From Promethearchaeum syntrophicum (GTDB lineage Archaea; Asgardarchaeota; Lokiarchaeia; Sigyniarchaeales; Promethearchaeaceae): a stretch of 32,000 nt of DNA. The stretch lies in NCBI RefSeq assembly GCF_008000775.2, contig NZ_CP042905.2:480001-512000 (forward strand), read 5' to 3'. The notes under the pieces were generated by a model that worked only from the letters and a program-made list of their open reading frames with translations, did no database searches and was not told the DNA's origin. A program made the translations under genes and the position numbers. Shown piece by piece: positions 16,223 through 23,546 of this stretch. The first letter of the stretch is position 1, and each line of letters begins with the position of its first letter.

Positions 16223-17956
16223 ATGGTAAAATTACGCCCTATTTCCTGGTTCATCATATGTTTATTCCTATTTTCATTCGCATTCCAAATCAATTATAAT
16301 GGTCAAATGCAAACTAATTTCCAAAATTCACTTGATTCATACGAGCAAGGTCCTATGTCTTCACAAGATGATGACGATATAATGGTTTGGGGAGAGGAGG
16401 GAGAAGGACCACAAGCAATATTGGATTATCCATTAAATTCACTAGGTGAAATTGAAATTGTCTCTTTATATCTAAATGAAGATCCAACTCAAGATAATTT
16501 TTATCCAATAAGTTCTAATTTTCTTAATTATACTCATCACGATCCCAATTTTGAGGGCACAATTGCAAATGCTAGCGCTGAAAGAGCAATTGGGGAAGAA
16601 GATCCCAGAACTAGCGATGTTATCATTCAAATTTCAGAATCCGTGATCTGGTCATATAATGAATCTGTTACCGAATTTATTGTTGGTTTTTCACCAGTTC
16701 TTCAAACAGCATTTCTTGAAACAATGTATTTGGATGGAGATGAATTAAATTCTTCAGAATATTTCGTAAATTCTACTGGGACTGGTGTTGATGAGACTTA
16801 TAATTTTTATTATGATTTTGAAGATATTTTTGAGAATACTAAGGATGAATTTAATTTAACATACGTCTATAACCTAATATTCCCAATTACTGAATGGTCA
16901 GTATCTAATACAGAACCTACCAATTATATTTCAGAAACTAATCAAACATTTACCCAAGAATTCTCATATCATGTATCTTTTGGCGAAAATAATTCCCAAA
17001 TTAACACTCTGGCTTTTTTAAAGTTTTATTTACCCAACTATCAAGATATTTATGAACCTGTTCTAGAAAATTATAATAATCTAACATTACCCTCAGACCA
17101 ATATTCTCTAACGGACAACATTTTAACCTTCACTAATAGAATTTATTTAAATGAAACTAATTCTTTAGATTTAACCTTTAAAGCAAATTTTACAGTAGAA
17201 ATGCTTGAAGTCGTTGATGGTTTATGGTCCGAAGATCGGTTGGTTGAAGGTTTAAATATTCGAGAACGAGATTATAAAATCACAATTACTGATGGACCTG
17301 CTAATTTAATTCTTAAAAATATCGGAATTAATGATACAGGAATACATTTTGATCACCTATATGATGGGAAAGATAGCGCAAGAAGTGCTCTAAATAGATA
17401 TGTAGTCATTGAAAATATGAATATATCAACTGGACAAGGACTCCTCCCAAATGATACCGATGCTATAACTGAGTTTGTTGAGGGAATCTTCTTTTTACAC
17501 AATGTTGAATCTAGCGAATATGAACCATATTGGCTATTAAAAAATGAAATAGATATAATAACCATCAAATATGCTCCAGCATTCGATCTTTCAATAATTT
17601 TATTGGATAGAATTAGTACTCCGGTTGAGGGATATAGTGTTAAATTATTTATTGGCGACATTTTATACGGAACAAGCATTAATAATTTCACAAATATGCC
17701 ATATCCTATGTTGAGTTCTGATGAAAATGGTGAAATTGTTTTTCACTCCGTTCCAATTGCAAATTATACAATTGAAATCTATGATAGAAACGGAAATTAT
17801 CTTGAAAACGCGACAGTCACTCCTTTGGAAGAAGTCAATAATGTTTTAACTGGAATTCTACATTATCCTTTAGTAATATTATTCTTTACAGGAATAGGTT
17901 CCGCATTCATTGTAATTGGATATATAATTTTTAAGAAAAATTCCCTAGTCAAATGA
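16223..17956 (+). CDS. Secreted, C-terminally membrane-anchored surface (glyco)protein with carboxypeptidase-regulatory-like (prealbumin-fold) domain
   Basis: There is an N-terminal signal/TM segment 'ISWFIICLFLFSFAF' and a C-terminal TM 'LVILFFTGIGSAFIVIGYIIF' followed by 'KKN'. By my count there are 17 N-x-S/T sequons. The C-proximal stretch 'PVEGYSVKLF...SSDENGEIVFHSVPIANYTIEIYD' resembles CarboxypepD_reg domains. Confidence 0.6.
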   Translation: MVKLRPISWFIICLFLFSFAFQINYNGQMQTNFQNSLDSYEQGPMSSQDDDDIMVWGEEGEGPQAILDYPLNSLGEIEIVSLYLNEDPTQDNFYPISSNFLNYTHHDPNFEGTIANASAERAIGEEDPRTSDVIIQISESVIWSYNESVTEFIVGFSPVLQTAFLETMYLDGDELNSSEYFVNSTGTGVDETYNFYYDFEDIFENTKDEFNLTYVYNLIFPITEWSVSNTEPTNYISETNQTFTQEFSYHVSFGENNSQINTLAFLKFYLPNYQDIYEPVLENYNNLTLPSDQYSLTDNILTFTNRIYLNETNSLDLTFKANFTVEMLEVVDGLWSEDRLVEGLNIRERDYKITITDGPANLILKNIGINDTGIHFDHLYDGKDSARSALNRYVVIENMNISTGQGLLPNDTDAITEFVEGIFFLHNVESSEYEPYWLLKNEIDIITIKYAPAFDLSIILLDRISTPVEGYSVKLFIGDILYGTSINNFTNMPYPMLSSDENGEIVFHSVPIANYTIEIYDRNGNYLENATVTPLEEVNNVLTGILHYPLVILFFTGIGSAFIVIGYIIFKKNSLVK

Positions 17957-18017
17957 TTTCAAACATCTGAAATCAAAATCTTTTTTCATTTCTTCTTCTT
18001 ATTTTTCAAGGTAGATC

Positions 18018-18341
18018 ATGATAGTATATAATTATGAAAATCTTGAAGATTTTCTCAAAGCATTATCCAAACGTATCAATAATGAAGTTTTTTCCCAATA
18101 TATCGAGTCAAAAAGCACCCCTGATATTACCTCTGGTGATTTTAAATTAATTTTGCAATTCTTAGGAAAACCTGATATCAATAACACGACATTAATTGCA
18201 CTATATCAGTGTGTAATAAGAATTAAAACAATTAAAGAAAGAAATGACACAATAGAAGAGTTGAAAAAAGCTTTTGAAGCTGCAGGGGCAATTTCATTAA
18301 TTCAAGGGTGGATTAAAGAAATTTTCCAATCAATTTCTTAA
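18018..18341 (+). CDS. Hypothetical small protein (predicted helical)
   Basis: A 107-aa ORF, non-overlapping, with an ATG start 61 nt after the previous gene. No motif recognised. Confidence 0.45.
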   Translation: MIVYNYENLEDFLKALSKRINNEVFSQYIESKSTPDITSGDFKLILQFLGKPDINNTTLIALYQCVIRIKTIKERNDTIEELKKAFEAAGAISLIQGWIKEIFQSIS

Positions 18342-18344
18342 TCT

Positions 18345-18674
18345 TTAATCGCAATTCACTTTATCCTTGGGAAGATATCTTTCCTTAATAAAAAGAAGTT
18401 TGGCTTGGGAATCTGTCTTATTTTTTAATCCATGAGTTTCAAATGCCTCCAATCGGATTGCAGTTCCTTTGGGTGCGTTAAATTCCTTATCTTTTAATAC
18501 AAAGGTCATGGTTCCTTCAGTGATATAAAATGTTTCTCCCATTTTTTCATGATAATGAGGGGGTTTTTCTTGGCCTGGTTGAAGTGTGATAAGTCCCCAA
18601 TCAATATCTGGACCTCGATTCATATATTTAACACCATTATCATCTATCAATTTATCCTCAAAAATTATTTTCAT
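18345..18674 (-). CDS. Cupin-domain protein
   Basis: Cupin motif 1 is 'PGQEKPPHYHEKMGETFYITEG' (HxH...E...G). Motif 2 is 'G..IRLEAFETHGLKN'. Confidence 0.8.
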   Translation of the reverse strand: MKIIFEDKLIDDNGVKYMNRGPDIDWGLITLQPGQEKPPHYHEKMGETFYITEGTMTFVLKDKEFNAPKGTAIRLEAFETHGLKNKTDSQAKLLFIKERYLPKDKVNCD

Positions 18675-18729
18675 CTTTTTCTCCTTCTATTTTAATTTTC
18701 TATTTTTTTTTCAATGGTTTCCTTAGCAA

Positions 18730-20130
18730 TTACCATGCTTTTTCTAATAATTCCCTCAATGATTCTGGATCCGGTTTTCGTGGATTGGAATTTACCGAAC
18801 CTCCTTTTGTATTCTCAATTATCCAATCGAAATCTTCTTTTAAAACGCCTAAATCCCTTAATTTAAGAGGTATCTGAATTTGTGAAAATAATTCTTTAAT
18901 CATTGATGCCAGTCTCTGAGAATTTTTCTCATCTGTTGCTTCTGGCTCATACTTTGTAAATAAATCCAATTGACTAAAAATTCGACCGATTCTGGCATAT
19001 TTATCAGCGCGATACTCTAAATTATATTCAATAACATAAGGTAAAAGCGCTCCACAAACTTTTCCATGTGGTAAATTGTATTTATAACCAATTGGATGGG
19101 CTAAACCATGAACCAATCCTAAACCAACATTAGAAAGTGCAATCCCTGCAAAAAATGATCCCAATAACATCTCCGAACGCGCAGCATAATCTTCCCCATT
19201 ATCAAAAACTGTCCTTAAATTCGGTAGGATCAGAAATATTGCTTCTAATGCATAAATATCAGCAAGAGGATGGCTTTTTATTGACACATAACTTTCAATT
19301 GCTTGAACTAGTGCATCAGCACCACTAGAAGCTGTGATTTCTGGTGGACATTTTAGCGATAATTCAGGATCTAGCAATATATACTTAGACATCAAATTGC
19401 TTCCTCGAATACTTTTCTTATGTCCCCTCGTTTTATCAATTAGAACTGCATTATTTGTGATCTCAGTACCAGTTCCCGCTGTTGTCGGGATTGCAATAAA
19501 AGGCAATCCTGGTAATTCAAAAGGTTTTCCTTCATGATAATCCTCAGCTAAACCACCATTTGTAACAATTCCAGCTGTTGCTTTTGCTACATCCATCACC
19601 GATCCGCCACCAATCCCCACGATGAAATGAACTTTTTCTTCAAGAGCCATTTCAACAGCTTCATTTACCATGGTGACATCTGCTTCACCCTTTCCACATG
19701 AAAAAACTATTGTTTCTATGTTGTTATTTTCACAAGATTGTAATATTTTATCCAAAGATCCTGATTTTTTTACTGATTCATGACCAATAATAATCAATAT
19801 TTTTGGACGCTTAATTTCTGCTTTCTTTATATGCAATAGCGTAGGATCCAGCAGATTAAAAATAGCTTTTGGAACATTTTTTACAACGCCCTTCCCAAAT
19901 TCGATTTTTGGTTGTGGGAATGAAAAAACAACATCTTCCCATCGTATATGCGGTAAAGGGAGTTTTTCTAATTCTTCGGATTTTTCTTGCTTAATTTGTA
20001 TTTTTTCTGTTAAAATTTTCTCTTGCTTCTCAATTTCTTTCTCAGAATTCTCTAAATCCAAGTCTGTGTCTTTTTGGTTATCGGGTTCTTTATTAATTTC
20101 TTCATTCATTTTCTTGCCAGATTCTTCCAT
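18730..20130 (-). CDS. Iron-containing (group III) alcohol dehydrogenase with ~65-aa Glu/Lys-rich N-terminal extension
   Basis: Family motifs present: 'GIGGGSVMDVAKA', 'AIPTTAGTGTE', and the metal-site histidines in 'GLVHGLAHPIG'. The ATG at 20130 is followed by 'EESGKKMNEEINKEPDNQKDTDLDLENSEKEIEKQEKILTEKIQIKQEKSEELEK' before the conserved domain begins. Confidence 0.9.
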   Translation of the reverse strand: MEESGKKMNEEINKEPDNQKDTDLDLENSEKEIEKQEKILTEKIQIKQEKSEELEKLPLPHIRWEDVVFSFPQPKIEFGKGVVKNVPKAIFNLLDPTLLHIKKAEIKRPKILIIIGHESVKKSGSLDKILQSCENNNIETIVFSCGKGEADVTMVNEAVEMALEEKVHFIVGIGGGSVMDVAKATAGIVTNGGLAEDYHEGKPFELPGLPFIAIPTTAGTGTEITNNAVLIDKTRGHKKSIRGSNLMSKYILLDPELSLKCPPEITASSGADALVQAIESYVSIKSHPLADIYALEAIFLILPNLRTVFDNGEDYAARSEMLLGSFFAGIALSNVGLGLVHGLAHPIGYKYNLPHGKVCGALLPYVIEYNLEYRADKYARIGRIFSQLDLFTKYEPEATDEKNSQRLASMIKELFSQIQIPLKLRDLGVLKEDFDWIIENTKGGSVNSNPRKPDPESLRELLEKAW

Positions 20131-20158
20131 ATTTCTCTCTTAGAAATAAAATTTCCTT

Positions 20159-20175
20159 AATAGTTTAAAACTATT
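20159..20175. promoter_or_regulatory. 17-nt palindrome AATAGTTT-A-AAACTATT upstream of the Fe-ADH gene / downstream of the E2 gene
   Basis: The 8-nt arms are perfect. The centre lies 37 nt upstream of the ADH ATG (20130) and 53-69 nt downstream of the E2 stop (20228). The TTTAAA core is TATA-like on both strands. Confidence 0.2.
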
Positions 20176-20227
20176 GCGAAAATGAAAAATGATTCTAATT
20201 ATAAAAATTCATGCTATGAAAAGAAAT

Positions 20228-20737
20228 TTAATTCATAGCATATTTTTTTGTCCATTCTTTAGCCTTATTATCAAATTTCCTGTAATTATTCAAGGCTTGA
20301 TCTCCCGCTTCAAAATTAAGCGGATCTGCAGGATTAAAGAATGGAGGTTCGCAATGAATTTGACCCTTTAATGCCTCTATAACATTTGTTAGTGTCTTAC
20401 TAGGGGTCCAACCGCTTGCCCCGGTTTTTATATCTACTTTCCCTACAAGTTCTGGGTTAATTAAATCCAAGCATATATTTATCTTACCTGGGGGTATCGA
20501 CGAATCTATATTCGGATGCCATAATAAAGTATGCTCATATACGTAAGGTGGGCTGAATGGGTAATTATCTCCCATTTTAATTTCAAACATGAATTTTCCT
20601 CCAGCGTAAGGCGTTCCTTCTCTGCCTGTAATAGTTAATCGTAAATGATCAACATTCATGCCCCATGGTTCTAAACGGACCAAATTTTCATCTTTAAATG
20701 TTTCAACAGCTTCAGTATAATCGACTTCTTCACGCAT
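20228..20737 (-). CDS. E2 ubiquitin-conjugating enzyme (UBC-fold) homologue
   Basis: The UBC core is 'ITGREGTPYAGGKFMFEIKMGDNYPFSPPYVYEHTLLWHPNI'. The HPN triad is at nt 20510-20518 and the active-site-type Cys in 'GKINICLDL' is the codon at nt 20471-20473. This is followed by 'GWTPSKTLTNVIEAL'. The track start is GTG 20746; the first ATG is at 20737. Confidence 0.85.
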   Translation of the reverse strand: MREEVDYTEAVETFKDENLVRLEPWGMNVDHLRLTITGREGTPYAGGKFMFEIKMGDNYPFSPPYVYEHTLLWHPNIDSSIPPGKINICLDLINPELVGKVDIKTGASGWTPSKTLTNVIEALKGQIHCEPPFFNPADPLNFEAGDQALNNYRKFDNKAKEWTKKYAMN

Positions 20738-20973
20738 ATTATTCACGATATTGTTTAATCCGCTTTCTTTTTGCCTTTATAAGTAAAATGGTTTTGAATA
20801 TTTCCGATAGTTAATCTTGTCTGGCAAAATTGGCGGGAAAATCTTGATAATTTTTATATAACTTATTATTTAATAGGATGTTAGAACTTAAAAAAAGTTT
20901 CAATTATATATTTAAATAAGAAGGGAAATCAAGCCTTTTAATAGTCGGGCAATCATTTTATTTGAATTTTACC

Positions 20974-20983
20974 AAAAAAAAAA
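20974..20983 (-). terminator. Oligo-T (T10 on minus strand) terminator candidate downstream of the flavodoxin-ferredoxin gene
   Basis: An A10 run on the plus strand lies 52 nt beyond the stop at 21036. It would separate this gene from the E2 gene transcription unit. Confidence 0.3.
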
Positions 20984-21035
20984 GCTAAATTCTATATCTA
21001 ATTCAAAAAATTGTATTAGGATTTGTTTCCCAACT

Positions 21036-21905
21036 TTATAATCCAAAATAATCAGCATAATGTTTGAAAAAACCCTTAGTATTACTTGAAAGATAATTTC
21101 CTTTAATATTTGGGTTATATAGAATAGTATTTATATTATATCCTTGCTTAATTTCAAAGAATCGGAAATATTTGAAATGAATTGCATTAGTTGGGCATTC
21201 ATAGATACATCTCATACAGAGATTACACGTACAATTGAATTTAATAGTATCTTTAGCCTCCCCAAATAGTAAAATATTTCCGGTTGGACAATTTCTAACG
21301 CACTTAAAACATTTTATGCATGAATCAGATATAATGATTCGTTTTCCTAACCATTTAGCTCCAGTTGTTTCCATAAAACTGAATATTTTTGATACTAGAG
21401 TTAAGATGAAATTATTTCTTTCGAGCGATACTTTTCTTTTCATGATATCTTGGGCTAATTTCTTTATCCTAATCTGAGCAAGTTGATATAATTGTTTATT
21501 TAAATTATCATTGAATTTAAGTAGAACATTTGTTGGCATAATCGACAAATTTTCATTGAATACATTAAATCCTTTTTTTTCTAATTGATTTCTCAGTAAT
21601 TTGGTAGATCCACCATGTAAGAAAGGATCTCCCGATGATCTAAAAGTAAAAAGTTTCTTCCCTTTATCATTATGAAGCTGTTGAATAAAAGTATAAACTA
21701 TTTTCGGTGCATTAAAAGCGTGGATTGGATAACCTATCCCAATAAGATCATATTTTTCCGTATTTACCATGGTTTTCTTTTTGATCATATTTTCGATTTT
21801 CTTTTCAATTACCTCTGCATCGAGATTGATTAATTCTTTTTGAAGTAGATGTGCAATGATCTCAGTATTTCCCGTTCCAGAAAAATAAAATATGCAAATT
21901 TTCAC
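21036..21905 (-). CDS. Flavodoxin-like domain fused to 2x[4Fe-4S] ferredoxin domain (EFR1-type ferredoxin)
   Basis: The N-terminus 'MKICIFYFSGTGNTEIIA' is a flavodoxin-like FMN loop. Two CxxCxxCxxxCP clusters follow: 'CIKCFKCVRNCPTGN' and 'CNLCMRCIYECPTNA'. GTG start at 21905. Confidence 0.8.
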   Translation of the reverse strand: MKICIFYFSGTGNTEIIAHLLQKELINLDAEVIEKKIENMIKKKTMVNTEKYDLIGIGYPIHAFNAPKIVYTFIQQLHNDKGKKLFTFRSSGDPFLHGGSTKLLRNQLEKKGFNVFNENLSIMPTNVLLKFNDNLNKQLYQLAQIRIKKLAQDIMKRKVSLERNNFILTLVSKIFSFMETTGAKWLGKRIIISDSCIKCFKCVRNCPTGNILLFGEAKDTIKFNCTCNLCMRCIYECPTNAIHFKYFRFFEIKQGYNINTILYNPNIKGNYLSSNTKGFFKHYADYFGL

Positions 21906-22045
21906 AATATTTTCACAAAATAATAATGTAAAAAAAGATCTTATAATACTTACGATAATTAATTGCGAATATATGGATTAAGTCCAAAACTGATCTTATT
22001 TTAATAAAGCCGAGGATTTTAATCAAAGGGAATTTTGTAATAATC

Positions 22046-22843
22046 ATGAATATTGTAATAACGGGGAGTACAAGAGGGATTGGAAAAGCACTTGCAAATA
22101 AGTTCTTGGAATTTGGAGATATTGTAGTAATAACATCGAGATCAAATGATGCTGTCAAAAAAGCTATTGATGAATTCGGTAAAAAATATGGAGCTGAAAA
22201 TGTTTTTGGCTTTGAATGCGATGTTACTGATGCCCAACAAGTAGATGCTTTGTTAAATTTTGCAATTGATAAATTGGGTAAGATTGATATCTGGATAAAT
22301 AATGCAGGAACGGCCGGAGATAAGCGTCGACTTTTAGTTGAAGTGGAAACTTCGCAAATAAAGCGAGTTATTGAAACAAATATACTTGGAACTTTATATT
22401 GTTGTAGAGCAGTATTAAAAACAATGATTTCTCAAGGTTCTGGGCATATTTTCAATATGGAGGGTATGGGATCGGATGGAAGGACTTATGCCAAATCATT
22501 AGTCTATGCTACATCAAAATCTGCTATACCGATGATACAGAAAACCTTACTATTAGAAACTAAGGGTTTACCTGTGGGCATTCATGACTTATCTCCTGGT
22601 ATGGTATTAACCGATTTATTACTTAAGGATGAACCTGACCTTCAAACTAAGAAAGTGTATAATATTTTAGCAGAAAAACCAGAAACAGTTGCTGAGTATT
22701 TAGTTCCGAAAATTAGAAATATTAAGGGAACAGGAAAAAAAATTAAATTTCTGAGTGGACCAAAAGTAATGTGGCGATTTTTAACAGCTGGAAAATTTAA
22801 GAATAAGTATTTTGATGACCATGGAAATCCAACGAATCTCTAG
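22046..22843 (+). CDS. Classical short-chain dehydrogenase/reductase, NOL/NYC1 (chlorophyll b reductase-like) subfamily
   Basis: SDR motifs present: 'VITGSTRGIGKALA' (TGxxxGxG), 'IWINNAG', and catalytic 'YATSKSA' (YxxxK). 'GHIFNMEGMGSDGR', 'HDLSPGMVLTDLL' and 'NILAEKPETVAEYLVPKIRNI' closely recall plant NOL as I remember it. Confidence 0.85.
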   Translation: MNIVITGSTRGIGKALANKFLEFGDIVVITSRSNDAVKKAIDEFGKKYGAENVFGFECDVTDAQQVDALLNFAIDKLGKIDIWINNAGTAGDKRRLLVEVETSQIKRVIETNILGTLYCCRAVLKTMISQGSGHIFNMEGMGSDGRTYAKSLVYATSKSAIPMIQKTLLLETKGLPVGIHDLSPGMVLTDLLLKDEPDLQTKKVYNILAEKPETVAEYLVPKIRNIKGTGKKIKFLSGPKVMWRFLTAGKFKNKYFDDHGNPTNL

Positions 22844-22918
22844 TTAAGAAACACTGCTCAGAGTAAGATAGTGTTTTTTTACTTTTTATTTTTTAACTAT
22901 TGTGTTTTATTTAAGAAT

Positions 22919-23533
22919 ATGATCGAAGATAATAAAAAATTAAATCCCTTTATAGGCATCGCATTTGGTTTTGTTTTAATCTTTTTTGGGATTTTTGGAA
23001 TTCTTTTTCTTTTTGGTGATAAACTGACTGAATTTTTTTATATATTAGCAATAATACCGTTTGTTATTCCCGGAGTATTTTTCTTAGTTTTAAATGCAAG
23101 TTACCTAGGGATTCGGAGGTTGGCAACTAAAATAGATGAAAGTGCAGAACTGATGAATCCTAAAACATCTCTTCACGGTACATGTGCTATAACGAAAGTA
23201 AGAGATCTATACATACTCAAATTTAGTGATAATTATTTGCATGTCATAAGGATGAATGATAGAATAAATGTTTCTGCATCTTGGTCTAGAAGGACTTTCG
23301 GGCCAAAATTACCTACGAGTTTGCCAATTAAATGTCCAGTATTGACAGAATTCAATGGTTTTAAAATAAGGAAGTGCGAGGGAAAAGCTGTATTATATGA
23401 TGTTGATGAAAATCAATGGGTTTCAGGGCAAGCTACAATGTTTTCCATCTTTTTCTTTTCAAAGTCGATAACTCCTTTACTATATCCAGACGTATTTCAA
23501 AATTTAATTAATTTAATCGATCAATATAATTAG
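22919..23533 (+). CDS. Membrane-anchored hypothetical protein (2 N-terminal TM helices + ~130-aa soluble domain)
   Basis: TM segments are 'IGIAFGFVLIFFGIFGILFLF' and 'FFYILAIIPFVIPGVFFLVL'. The track start is GTG 22871; I prefer the ATG at 22919 ('MIEDNKK'). A T9 run follows the stop. Confidence 0.5.
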   Translation: MIEDNKKLNPFIGIAFGFVLIFFGIFGILFLFGDKLTEFFYILAIIPFVIPGVFFLVLNASYLGIRRLATKIDESAELMNPKTSLHGTCAITKVRDLYILKFSDNYLHVIRMNDRINVSASWSRRTFGPKLPTSLPIKCPVLTEFNGFKIRKCEGKAVLYDVDENQWVSGQATMFSIFFFSKSITPLLYPDVFQNLINLIDQYN

Positions 23534-23534
23534 C

Positions 23535-23543
23535 TTTTTTTTT
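23535..23543 (+). terminator. Oligo-T (T9) terminator candidate
   Basis: The T9 run starts 2 nt after the TAG at 23531-23533, in the 13-nt gap to the convergent gene. Confidence 0.35.
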
Positions 23544-23546
23544 ATT

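Noticed and set aside
17353-17691. 112-aa minus-strand ORF
   Set aside because: Antisense inside the surface-protein gene, with no motif.
19137-19328. 63-aa plus-strand ORF
   Set aside because: Antisense to the Fe-ADH catalytic region.
19334-19537. 67-aa plus-strand ORF
   Set aside because: Antisense to the Fe-ADH 'PTTAGTGTE' region.
18730-20130. N-terminal extension of Fe-ADH as a microcompartment-type encapsulation peptide (as in PduQ/EutG)
   Set aside because: No shell-protein (BMC-H/T/P) or encapsulin genes are in the window. The extension is a long, highly charged E/K repeat rather than a short amphipathic helix plus linker.
20189-20371. 60-aa plus-strand ORF
   Set aside because: Antisense to the 3' end of the E2 gene, with hydrophobic low-complexity translation.
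21235-21477. 80-aa plus-strand ORF
   Set aside because: Antisense to the ferredoxin Cys-cluster region of 21036-21905.
21937-21999. Direct repeat GATCTTAT (21937-21944 and 21992-21999) in the divergent promoter between the flavodoxin-ferredoxin and SDR genes
   Set aside because: There are only two copies of an 8-mer, 55 nt apart, with no dyad symmetry. This is compatible with chance in this composition.
21913-22158. 81-aa minus-strand ORF
   Set aside because: It spans the divergent promoter and is antisense to the SDR Rossmann motif. The translation is I/F-rich.
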